From Planctomycetota bacterium (GTDB lineage: Bacteria; Planctomycetota; Phycisphaerae; SM23-33): 64,000 bases of DNA. A program made the position numbers and the translations under genes. Within the stretch, counting starts at the first letter, position 1; each line of letters opens with the position of its first letter. The notes under the pieces are model-generated. The model ran no database searches. It saw only the letters and a list, made by a program, of their open reading frames with translations, and was not told where the DNA came from. The stretch covers positions 36,595 to 100,594 of the forward strand of contig JAKPKY010000165.1 of the NCBI GenBank assembly GCA_029553505.1. The letters are read 5' to 3'. Positions 45,912 to 54,657 of this stretch are shown here, in pieces.

Positions 45912-48674
45912 ATGGACACTTCCGCCGCACGGACAAGCCGTCCGCTGACGGGCTGGCTGCTGGGCCTGGCCGCCACGCTCGCCATCCTCGCCTGTCACTT
46001 CGCCGGGTGGTTCGACCGCGCGGAACTGCTCACCGTCGATTGGCGATTCCGCAACTTCTCCGCCGCGCCGGTCGAGACGAACCTCGTCCACGTGGACATC
46101 GACGACCGCAGCCTGGAGGAGATCGGGCGCTGGCCCTGGCCGCGGGAAACGCTGGCGGGACTGGTGGACGTCCTGCGCGAGTGCGGCGCGGCGCGGATCG
46201 CGCTGGACATCATCCTGCCCGAGCCGCAGGAGGTGCGGTACGTTTCGGCCGCGGGGGACATCTACGCCGGCGCGGAGAATGTCCTCGGAAGCGCGCCGCC
46301 GCGGGCGGTCTTCGACGATGCGGAACTCGCCGCCGCGATGATGCGGGCGGGGAATGTCCTGTTGCCGCTCCACGTCGATCTCGGCGCGCCGGCGCCGCGC
46401 GAAACGCCGGCGGAAAAGGTGGCCGCCGCGCTGAATGAAAATCCCGCCGCGAGCTTCCAGACCGTGTTGGCGAGCGCATTGCCCGGACGCGACGAATCCC
46501 TCCGCGACGCCGCCTTCGACGGGGTTCGCCGGGCGTACCTCCGCCGGCGCGCCCTGGTCGAACTCGACCGCCACGTCCTGCCCTGCGACGTCAAAGAGGG
46601 CGCCAACCCCGCCGGGCAGGTCGTCCCGCCGCTGGTGACGTTCGCCCGCAACTGCCGCGCCGCCGGGTTCGTGACGATGCAGCCGGACGCCGACGGCGCC
46701 GTCCGGCGCATCCCGCTGCTGCTCGGCGCGGAGGGGCACATCTACCCGCAGTTCGCGCTGGCGGTCGCGGCCGACTGGCTGGGCGCCACGCACGGCGGCG
46801 CGGGCGAAATCGTCCGCCGGGGCGATTCCGTCACCCTCGGCTTTCGCGACGGCACATCGCGGGATATTCCGGTCGATGAGTCCGGGCGGATGACGATCTA
46901 CTGGCCGCGAGGGCGCAAGGGGGACGACGGGCACGCGCACGTGCCCGCGCGGGCCATCGTTGCGCCGTGGCAGGCGCGCCGCCAGGCGGCGGACAACGCC
47001 CGCCTCGGCCGACTGGTCGCGCTGGAGCTGGCCGCCACGCTCGGCCAGCAGGAATTGCTCGAGCAGTTCGCGCTGGCCGACCGCCTCGATCAGCAGCGCC
47101 AGGCGTTGCGGCTCCAGCGCCGCCGGGCGGAACTGTTCGATCCGGCCGCCGTGCCGCCGCCCGACGACGCGCTGGCCGCCCAGGAGCAGGCGGTCGAGCG
47201 CAAACTCACCGAGCTGACGGGCAAGATGCTCGCGGAGCTTTCGTTCTACCTCGATCCGCTGCCCGCGGACGATCCGGCGCGGGCGAAGATCGTCGCCGCG
47301 CGCGACATGCTCCGGCGGATCGACGCGGAGAACTTGCGCCTGGAGAGCCTGGCGCGGCAGGAAGCGCGGCGGATCGGCGCGGTCGTGTCGGGCAAGATCT
47401 GCCTGGTGGGCTCCAACGCGACGGGGGCGGCCGACTTCGTGCCCACCGCCGTCGGCGAGCGGACGCCCGGCGTCGTCGTCCACGCGGGCATCCTCAACAC
47501 GATCCTCTCCGGGCGGTTCGTCCGCCGGGCCCCGCCCGCCGCCGACGCGGCGCTGATCCTGCTGGCCGGGGCCCTGGTCTCGTGGATCGCCGCGCGCAAG
47601 CCCATCCTGCTGGCGGCACTGCCCCTGCTGGCGGTCCTCGGCGCAGCCGCGACGCTTCTCAACGCGCTCGTCGCGTTCGCGCGGCTGGACACGCTGGCCG
47701 TGATGATCGCCCCGCCCGCGGCGATGGTCGCGAGCTTCCTGGTGGTCTCGGCCTTCCGCCAGCTCACCGAGGAGCGGGCCCGCCGGCGGATTCGCGGGCT
47801 GTTCGCCAACGCCCTCTCGCCGGAGCTGGTGGACCGCCTGATCGCCGACCCGTCGATGGCGCGCCTGGGCGGGGAGAAGCGCGAGCTGACGTGCTTCTTT
47901 GCCGACCTGGAGGGCTTCACCCCGCTCAGTGAGCGCCTGGGCGAGCAGCGGACCGTGCAGGTGCTCAACCGCTACTTCGACCGCATGACCGACGTCATCC
48001 AGAACCGGCGGGGCGGATACCTCAACAAGTTCCTGGGCGACGGCTTGTTTGTGTTCTTCGGCGCGCCGGTCTTCCAGGAAGACCACCCGCACCGCGCGGT
48101 CCACGCGGCGCTGGACTGCCGGCGCGAGCTGGACGCCCTCAACCGCGAGTTCGCCGCGCAGTTCGGCCCGGACGTGCGCCTGTCCTGCCGCGTGGGGATC
48201 GCCACCGGAACGGTCATGGTGGGCAACTGCGGGTCGTCCACCCGCATGGACTACACCGCCATCGGCGACACGGTGAACCTCGCCAGCCGGCTGGAAAGCG
48301 CCAACAAGTTCTTCGGCACGCACATCCTGGCGGCGGGGGGCGCGTGGCAGGCGGCCGCCAGCGACGAATTCCTCGTCCGCCCGCTCGGGCAGGCGCTGGT
48401 GGTGGGAAAGACCGAGCCCGTCGAGGTCTGGCACGTGGCCGACTACGCAGCCGACGCGCCCGAGCCCGTCCGCCGCGCGTTCGCCGATTTCACCGAGGCC
48501 GTGGCGCTGTACGCCCGGCGCGAGTTCCGCGACGCGGCGCGGCGCTTCGAGCAGGCGCTGGCTGCCCTGGGCGACGACCGGCCGGCTGCAATGTACCTGG
48601 ACCTGTGCCGACGGTTCGCCGACTCGCCCCCGTCCGACGACTGGACGGCCGCCATCCGCCTGACGGAAAAGTGA
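45912..48674 (+). CDS. CHASE2-domain class III adenylate cyclase with C-terminal TPR
   Basis: VDIDDRSLEEIGRWPWPR, PDADGAVRR, PGVVVHA, three TMs; FADLEGFT, NKFLGDG, DYTAIGDTVNLASRLE. Confidence 0.93.
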   Translation: MDTSAARTSRPLTGWLLGLAATLAILACHFAGWFDRAELLTVDWRFRNFSAAPVETNLVHVDIDDRSLEEIGRWPWPRETLAGLVDVLRECGAARIALDIILPEPQEVRYVSAAGDIYAGAENVLGSAPPRAVFDDAELAAAMMRAGNVLLPLHVDLGAPAPRETPAEKVAAALNENPAASFQTVLASALPGRDESLRDAAFDGVRRAYLRRRALVELDRHVLPCDVKEGANPAGQVVPPLVTFARNCRAAGFVTMQPDADGAVRRIPLLLGAEGHIYPQFALAVAADWLGATHGGAGEIVRRGDSVTLGFRDGTSRDIPVDESGRMTIYWPRGRKGDDGHAHVPARAIVAPWQARRQAADNARLGRLVALELAATLGQQELLEQFALADRLDQQRQALRLQRRRAELFDPAAVPPPDDALAAQEQAVERKLTELTGKMLAELSFYLDPLPADDPARAKIVAARDMLRRIDAENLRLESLARQEARRIGAVVSGKICLVGSNATGAADFVPTAVGERTPGVVVHAGILNTILSGRFVRRAPPAADAALILLAGALVSWIAARKPILLAALPLLAVLGAAATLLNALVAFARLDTLAVMIAPPAAMVASFLVVSAFRQLTEERARRRIRGLFANALSPELVDRLIADPSMARLGGEKRELTCFFADLEGFTPLSERLGEQRTVQVLNRYFDRMTDVIQNRRGGYLNKFLGDGLFVFFGAPVFQEDHPHRAVHAALDCRRELDALNREFAAQFGPDVRLSCRVGIATGTVMVGNCGSSTRMDYTAIGDTVNLASRLESANKFFGTHILAAGGAWQAAASDEFLVRPLGQALVVGKTEPVEVWHVADYAADAPEPVRRAFADFTEAVALYARREFRDAARRFEQALAALGDDRPAAMYLDLCRRFADSPPSDDWTAAIRLTEK

Positions 48675-48690
48675 CCGCGCCGTCCGCCGG

Positions 48691-49935
48691 TCAGACCGCC
48701 GCGCGATCGGTTTCCTCGCGGACGATGCGCACCCAGCGGGCCAGGCGGTCCGGCTCGCCCTGGACGGTCTCGATGTCCTTGAGATGGATGTGGACGCGGC
48801 AGCCCCGGCCGGCTTGGAGGCCCTCGCGGAGAATCCGCCGGATCAGGCCCTCGTCGAACTGGCAGCAGACCATGTCGGCGGGGTTCGGCCGCCAGGAAAC
48901 GACGTAGTCCGCGCCGATCTGCTCGGCGCAGCGGCGGACGTCCGCCCGCGGCGTGACGGCGATGATCCGCAGGTTCGGAATCTTCCGCAGCATGTCGATC
49001 TTTTGGGTGAGGTTCTCGCAGCAGCCGTACGCCGTCAGCCCCCAGTGCTTCAGGATCGGCAACTGGTACTGGAGCAGGAATTCCTCGTGCATGGCCGGGC
49101 TGATGAGCTCGAATTCCTGGGCGGCCATGAAATTCCAGAGCTGCCCGCGCCGGCAGCCGTAGCGGTTCGGCTCCGGCGGGAGCGTCGAGTCCGCGTAGGG
49201 GTGGCACTGGTTCTCCTGGTCGGTGGCGGAGTAGTCTCCCGCCGCCTCCGCCGTCGCCTGGTTGGCCAGCACGCCGTCGCGCAGGAACGCCATCAGCGCG
49301 TGCAGCTCGCGCGGGCTCTCGTACATGTCCACCATCAACTGCTCCAGGCCGCGAAGCTGCGTCACGCAGTACGACAGGTCCGACTGGAACCCGTGGCAGG
49401 CCGGTCCGCGATCCACGTTGATCGTCAGGAGGTCGCCGATGGCCTCGCCCAGGCGATCGGCGTTGCGGGCGGTCGCCTGCTCGTCGATCACATGCCGCGG
49501 GGAGACGAGCCTTGTCGTGTCCGACCATTCGGCGATCGGCGGGAGGAACTTCCACGCCCCGCCTTCCACCTTGTCGCTGTGGCGCTCTTCCACGCCCCAG
49601 ATTTTTCCCCACTTGCACTGCTGCGAAGCCAGCACCGTGATCCACGGCTCGAGCAGGTAATCGTCGCCGACTTCGTGATGGAACAGGTGCATGCGCAGCG
49701 TGCGCTCGTGCGAGCGGTAGAACGGGTCGCGGCAGGACATTGCCTCGTCGGAGAACACCTCGCGGCACCAGACGTTCCACATGCCGTACGTCGCCAGCAC
49801 CGGCACGCGGGTGGGGCGCAGGCTGTTGTGGTCGCGCCAGAGCCTGCGGCGTTCTTCCTGGATGGGGTCGGCGGCGATCTCGGCGTACTGCCGGGCCAAC
49901 TCGCGGAGAATCTCGATGTCATGGCGGTCGTTCAT
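48691..49935 (-). CDS. URO-D/MtaA-like TIM-barrel protein
   Basis: LRGLEQLMVDMY, AQEFELISPAMHEEF, YGCCENL, LKDIETV; RBS GGAG. Confidence 0.7.
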   Translation of the reverse strand: MNDRHDIEILRELARQYAEIAADPIQEERRRLWRDHNSLRPTRVPVLATYGMWNVWCREVFSDEAMSCRDPFYRSHERTLRMHLFHHEVGDDYLLEPWITVLASQQCKWGKIWGVEERHSDKVEGGAWKFLPPIAEWSDTTRLVSPRHVIDEQATARNADRLGEAIGDLLTINVDRGPACHGFQSDLSYCVTQLRGLEQLMVDMYESPRELHALMAFLRDGVLANQATAEAAGDYSATDQENQCHPYADSTLPPEPNRYGCRRGQLWNFMAAQEFELISPAMHEEFLLQYQLPILKHWGLTAYGCCENLTQKIDMLRKIPNLRIIAVTPRADVRRCAEQIGADYVVSWRPNPADMVCCQFDEGLIRRILREGLQAGRGCRVHIHLKDIETVQGEPDRLARWVRIVREETDRAAV

Positions 49936-50000
49936 GTCGTCTCCGTGGCGCGGGGGATTTTGCGGCAAGGCGGGGAGACTACTGCGATTCGCGGCGGGGG

Positions 50001-50906
50001 TCAATAACGCTCGCAGCGCCCGGCGCGTCCGAGCAGGCCGTCGCGCCAGCCCCTGGCGGCGGCAAGCAGGCGACGCCCCTGGCAGCGCAGGAGCTTCGGC
50101 AGCAGCGACCGCGCCGCCGCACATGCTGCTGCCGTCGGCAGGGCCCATGGGAAGAACCGCCGCACGGTCAGCAGCGCCGCCCGCACGGAGTAGTAGTCCT
50201 GCACGCAGCTGCGCGCCCCGACCGCGCCGCCGCCCTTGTGGCGCACCCGGCTGGCAGGCGCGACGGCGAGTTTCCACCCGGCTGCCCGGGCGCGAAGGCA
50301 CCAGTCCAGGTCCTCGCCGTACAGGAAGTATCCCTCGTCCATCGGTCCGACGGCGTCCAGCGCCGCCAGGCGAACCAGCAGGCTCGCCCCGCAGACGAAG
50401 TCCAGGTCCGCCGGCGCGGGCGCGGAAAAGTCGATTTGCCCAGCCATCGCGTGGTGCGTCAGTCCGGTCCAGCGGCTCCAGCGCCCGCCGCCCAGCAGCT
50501 CCAGGACGTTCGGGCGGTCGTACCGCAGCAGCTTGGAGCCGACGAAGGCCACCCGCGCGTCGGTTTCGGCCTGGTCCACCAGGGCGTCCAGCGCGTCGGG
50601 TTCGGCCGCCGTGTCGGAGTTCAGCAGCCAGGCGTACGCCCCGTCGCCCGCCTGCCGCGCATGACGGAGTGCGAGGTTGTTCGCCCCGGCAAAGCCCAGG
50701 TTCTCCCCGGGATGGAGAATTTCCACCGCCGGCCCGCCGGCGGACGCCCATGCCGCGAGGCGCTCCCGCGACTCGTCGGACGATCCGTTGTCCGCCACCA
50801 GCACGCGGAAGTTGTCGTACGCCAGCCCGCGCAGGCTCTCCAGGCACTCGACGGTGTCCCGCCAATTGTGGTAGTGGACGACGACGATGTAGACCTTCGG
50901 CCTCAA
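50001..50906 (-). CDS. GT2 glycosyltransferase (rhamnosyltransferase-like)
   Basis: DNGSSD, NLGFAGANN, LLNSD, YFLYGEDLDWC; TTG start after AAAGGAG. Confidence 0.92.
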   Translation of the reverse strand: MRPKVYIVVVHYHNWRDTVECLESLRGLAYDNFRVLVADNGSSDESRERLAAWASAGGPAVEILHPGENLGFAGANNLALRHARQAGDGAYAWLLNSDTAAEPDALDALVDQAETDARVAFVGSKLLRYDRPNVLELLGGGRWSRWTGLTHHAMAGQIDFSAPAPADLDFVCGASLLVRLAALDAVGPMDEGYFLYGEDLDWCLRARAAGWKLAVAPASRVRHKGGGAVGARSCVQDYYSVRAALLTVRRFFPWALPTAAACAAARSLLPKLLRCQGRRLLAAARGWRDGLLGRAGRCERY

Positions 50907-50970
50907 AACCGCTCCTTTCCGCCCGTTCGCAGCCTGGTTCGGATTGATTGTGAACGATTTGCGGCGGCAA

Positions 50971-51139
50971 AGCACGAAATCCTAAATCCGAAATCCGAAA
51001 CAATTTCAAAATCCGAAACGGAAACCGCCTGTGGCTGACCCTGCGCCCAAGCCGGAGGAGTCAGCCTTGGAGATTCGAAGCGTTTCGTGCTTGTCGGTTT
51101 GGGATTTGTTTCGGATTTCGTGCTTCGAATTTCGAATTT
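50971..51139. repeat. Heptamer-based inverted repeat (AAATCCG / CGGATTT-like units)
   Basis: AAGCACGAAATCCTAAATCCGAAATCCGAAAC ... GTTTCGGATTTCGTGCTTCGAATTTCGAATTT. Confidence 0.75.
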
Positions 51140-51276
51140 AGACATCGGCCAGATGCCACGGATGCAGCCGCACGGGTCTGGAGGGACATTTTAGTTGAAC
51201 GCCCGTGGGGCGTGGCGTATAACCCGCCCGATGGGACGGGACGCCATCTCCACGCAAGTCACGAGGTAACGGCAAG

Positions 51277-52347
51277 ATGAAAGGGCTGATTCTCTCGGGC
51301 GGAAAAGGCACACGGCTGCGCCCCCTGACGTTCACGCGGGCAAAGCAGCTCATCCCCATCGCCAACAAGCCCAACCTGTTTTACGTCGTGGAAGACCTTG
51401 TTTCGGCTGGGGTTACGGACATCGGCGTCATCGTCAGCCCCGAGACGGGCGACGAGATCCGCGCCGCGCTGTCCGACGGGTCGCGCTGGGGCGCGACGTT
51501 CACCTTCCTGACGCAGGAGGCGCCGCGCGGGCTGGCCCATGCGGTCAAGACCGCGCGGAGCTTCCTGGGCGACGAGCCGTTCGTGATGTACCTGGGCGAC
51601 AACCTGCTGTCGGGCGGAATCGCGCCGCTGGTCGAGGAGCACCGCCAGGGCAAGGCCGACTGCATCGTCCTGCTGACGCCGGTGCCCAATCCGCAGCAGT
51701 TCGGGGTGGCCGCCGTCGACGAGGCGGGGCAGGTCGTCCGGCTGGTCGAGAAGCCCGCCGACCCGCCCAGCAACCTCGCGCTGGTGGGGGTGTACCTGTT
51801 CAGCCCGGCCGTGCACGAGGTCATCGAGACGCTCCAGCCGTCCGCGCGGGGCGAATACGAGATCACCGACGCCATCCAGGGGCTGATCGACCGGGGCCTG
51901 CGCGTCGCGGCGCACCAGGTTCGCGGCTGGTGGAAGGACACCGGAAAGCCCGAGGACCTTCTGGAGGCCAACCATCTGGTGCTGTCGCAGCTTCGCGCGG
52001 ACATTCGCGGCTCGGTGGAAGGTTCGGACCTGGCCGGGGCGGTGGTGGTCGAGCCCGGCGCGCGGGTGGCGAACTCGCGGATTCGCGGCCCGGCGCACAT
52101 TGCGGCAGGGGCGGTCGTGCGAGATTCCTACATCGGGCCATACACCTCCATCGGGCGCGACGTGCAGGTGCTCCACAGCGAGGTGGAATACTCGATCCTG
52201 CTGGACGGGTCGGAAGTTCGCGAGTTGCCCTGCCGGCTGGACGCCAGCGTGCTGGGCGCGGGCGTGAAGGTGGCTGGGCGGTCCGACGGGCAGCGCAAGC
52301 ACACGCTCCAGCTGGTGCTGGGCGACCACAGCCTGGTGACGCTATGA
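51277..52347 (+). CDS. rmlA: Glucose-1-phosphate thymidylyltransferase (long form)
   Basis: GGKGTRLRPLT, KQLIPIANKP, YLGDN, SARGEYEITD, WWKDTG; C-terminal beta-helix. Confidence 0.95.
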   Translation: MKGLILSGGKGTRLRPLTFTRAKQLIPIANKPNLFYVVEDLVSAGVTDIGVIVSPETGDEIRAALSDGSRWGATFTFLTQEAPRGLAHAVKTARSFLGDEPFVMYLGDNLLSGGIAPLVEEHRQGKADCIVLLTPVPNPQQFGVAAVDEAGQVVRLVEKPADPPSNLALVGVYLFSPAVHEVIETLQPSARGEYEITDAIQGLIDRGLRVAAHQVRGWWKDTGKPEDLLEANHLVLSQLRADIRGSVEGSDLAGAVVVEPGARVANSRIRGPAHIAAGAVVRDSYIGPYTSIGRDVQVLHSEVEYSILLDGSEVRELPCRLDASVLGAGVKVAGRSDGQRKHTLQLVLGDHSLVTL

Positions 52348-53084
52348 CCGTCGCCGCGGAAAGGATGCTTCTGACCGGGGGGTCGGGCCGCCTGGGGCGC
52401 GAGCTGCAACGCTTGCTGGCGGGCATCGCCGCGCCGGGGCACGACGAGCTGGACGTGACGCGGGCGGAGTCCGTCGCGGCGGCCCTGGACCGCCTGCGGC
52501 CCGAGGTGGTGATCCACGCGGCCGCGTATACCGACGTCGCCGGCGCGGAGCGCGATCGCGCCGAGTGCTGGCGGGTGAATGTGGACGGCACGCGAAACGT
52601 CGTGGCGGCGGCCGCCGGGCGCGGAATCTTCCTGCTGCACCTCTCGACCGATTACGTGTTCGAGGGCACGACGGGCGGATATCGCGAGGACGACCCGCCG
52701 GGCCCGCCGTGCAACTATTATGCCCTGACGAAGCTGGTGGCCGAGGCGCTCGTGCGGTTCGCGCCGCGCCACTTGGTGTTGCGGACGAGCTTCCGCCCGC
52801 GCGACTGGCCTTACCCGCAGGCGTTCGAAGACCTGTTCACCAGCCAGGACTACGTGGACATCATCGCGCCGGAAATCGCGCTGGCGGCTTCGCGGTGCCT
52901 GGAGATTCCGTATAATACGCTGCACGTCGCCACCGAGCGGAAGAGCGCGCTGGAGCTGGCGCGCCGGCGTCGGCCCGACGTGCAATCGGCCAGCAAGAAG
53001 CAGGCGTCCGTTCGCCTGCCGGACGACATCTCGCTGGACACCGCCCGCTGGCGGCAGCTCAAGCAGCGCTGGAGCCACCCATGA
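52344..53084 (+). CDS. rmlD: dTDP-4-dehydrorhamnose reductase
   Basis: TGGSGRLG, HAAAYTDV, STDYVF, YALTK; ATGA overlap. Confidence 0.9.
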   Translation: MTVAAERMLLTGGSGRLGRELQRLLAGIAAPGHDELDVTRAESVAAALDRLRPEVVIHAAAYTDVAGAERDRAECWRVNVDGTRNVVAAAAGRGIFLLHLSTDYVFEGTTGGYREDDPPGPPCNYYALTKLVAEALVRFAPRHLVLRTSFRPRDWPYPQAFEDLFTSQDYVDIIAPEIALAASRCLEIPYNTLHVATERKSALELARRRRPDVQSASKKQASVRLPDDISLDTARWRQLKQRWSHP

Positions 53085-53620
53085 AAATCAAGCTCAGCAC
53101 GAAGGCGCAGAAGGAACTGACGTACCAGTCCTACGGCCCGCAACCGGAAATCGACGGCGTGTTCTGCCATCCCCTGCGCAAGCACCGCCAGCTCGAGGGG
53201 TATTTCATGGAGCATCTGCGCCTCACGGGCGGCGCGGTGGAGGGGCTTCCGGTGAAGTTCGAGCTGCGCCAGCTTTCGCTGGCGGCTGCGGAGCCCGGGC
53301 GCGTCAATGCCTTCCACCTGCACCCCAAGCGCGTGCAGGACGAGCTGTGGTGCTGCGTGCGCGGGCGGATGCGCGTCTGGCTGGCCGACGTCCGCGCCGG
53401 CTCGCCGACCGAAGGCAACCGCCGCTGCTTCCTGCTCAGCGAAGAAGAGCCCGTCTTGCTGCACATTCCCAGCGGCGTCGCGCACGGCTACCAGGCCGGG
53501 CCCGACGGCGCGCTGCTGCTGTACGCCATGAACAGCCAGTTCCAGCCCGACGACCCCAACGAAGGCCGCCTGCCGTGGGACTGGTTCGGGGCGGACCTCT
53601 GGGAGGAAGACCGTGGCTGA
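53081..53620 (+). CDS. rmlC: dTDP-4-dehydrorhamnose 3,5-epimerase (divergent)
   Basis: AFHLH, DVRAGSPT, LHIPSGVAHGY; position in the rml cluster. Confidence 0.85.
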   Translation: MKIKLSTKAQKELTYQSYGPQPEIDGVFCHPLRKHRQLEGYFMEHLRLTGGAVEGLPVKFELRQLSLAAAEPGRVNAFHLHPKRVQDELWCCVRGRMRVWLADVRAGSPTEGNRRCFLLSEEEPVLLHIPSGVAHGYQAGPDGALLLYAMNSQFQPDDPNEGRLPWDWFGADLWEEDRG

Positions 53621-54626
53621 ATTCACGCGAGTGCTGGTGACGGGCGGGGCCGGATTCATCGGCTCCAACTACGTGCGGTACGCGCTGCGCGAAAAACCGG
53701 CCCGGAAACTCGTCGTGCTGGACAAGCTCGCCTATGCCGGCAGCCTGGACAACCTGCGCGACGTGATGGAGCGGATCGAGTTCGTCCGGGGCGACATCAC
53801 CGAGCCCGCCGACGTCCGCCGGGCCCTGCAGGGTTGCGACGCCGTGGTGAATTTCGCGGCCGAGAGCCACGTCGACCGCTCGCTGCTGGACAGCGCCCCG
53901 TTCGTCCGCACCAACGTCGCCGGCGCGTCGATGCTGCTGGAAGCCGCCCGCGAACTGGGCGTGAAGCGCTTCTGCCAGGTCTCCACCGACGAGGTCTACG
54001 GCGACCTGGCCGGCACCGCCCGGCACTCGGTGGAGACCGACGCGCTGCACCCGCGCAGCCCGTACGCGGCGACCAAGGCGGCGGCGGAGCACTTGGCCAT
54101 GAGCTGCCACCTGAGCTTCGGGCTGGACGTCGTCGTGACGCGCGGCTCAAACACCTACGGGCCGTGGCAGTACCCCGAAAAGATCATCCCGCTGTTCATC
54201 ACCAACGCGCTGGACAACCGCCACCTGCCCGTCTACGGCGACGGCAGCGCGGTGCGCGACTACATGCACGTGGAGGACCACTGCGCGGGCATCGAGACGG
54301 TGCTGTGCGCGGGCGCCGCGGGGCAGGCGTACAACCTGGGCGCGCGGCTGGAAGTGCCCGGGCGCGAGGTCGCCGAGCGAATCGTCGAGCTGACGGGGCG
54401 CCCGGCGGCGCTGATCCGCAACGTCCCCGACCGCCCGGGGCACGACTACCGCTACAGCGTGGACCCCGCCAAGGCCGAGGCGCTCGGCTGGCGGCGGCGC
54501 TGGACCTGGCCCGACGGGCTCGCCCAGGCCGTGCGATGGTACCGCGACCACGAGGACTGGTGGCGCGCGGTGAAGGAAAAACTCGAGTTCCGAAAACACG
54601 ACCGCGCGTGGTACGCCGACCGCTGA
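53613..54626 (+). CDS. rmlB: dTDP-glucose 4,6-dehydratase
   Basis: TGGAGFIGSN, AAESHVDRS, STDEVYG, YAATK, DRPGHDYRY. Confidence 0.96.
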   Translation: MAEFTRVLVTGGAGFIGSNYVRYALREKPARKLVVLDKLAYAGSLDNLRDVMERIEFVRGDITEPADVRRALQGCDAVVNFAAESHVDRSLLDSAPFVRTNVAGASMLLEAARELGVKRFCQVSTDEVYGDLAGTARHSVETDALHPRSPYAATKAAAEHLAMSCHLSFGLDVVVTRGSNTYGPWQYPEKIIPLFITNALDNRHLPVYGDGSAVRDYMHVEDHCAGIETVLCAGAAGQAYNLGARLEVPGREVAERIVELTGRPAALIRNVPDRPGHDYRYSVDPAKAEALGWRRRWTWPDGLAQAVRWYRDHEDWWRAVKEKLEFRKHDRAWYADR

Positions 54627-54657
54627 TGACCGACCGACGGAGAACCGACCCAGGGCG

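Noticed and set aside
48691..51009. 772-aa ORF
   Set aside because: The upstream part overlaps the GT2 gene out of frame; an RBS supports start 49935
51231..51269. 12-codon uORF before rmlA
   Set aside because: Follows a promoter-like motif but has no regulatory codon pattern or other support
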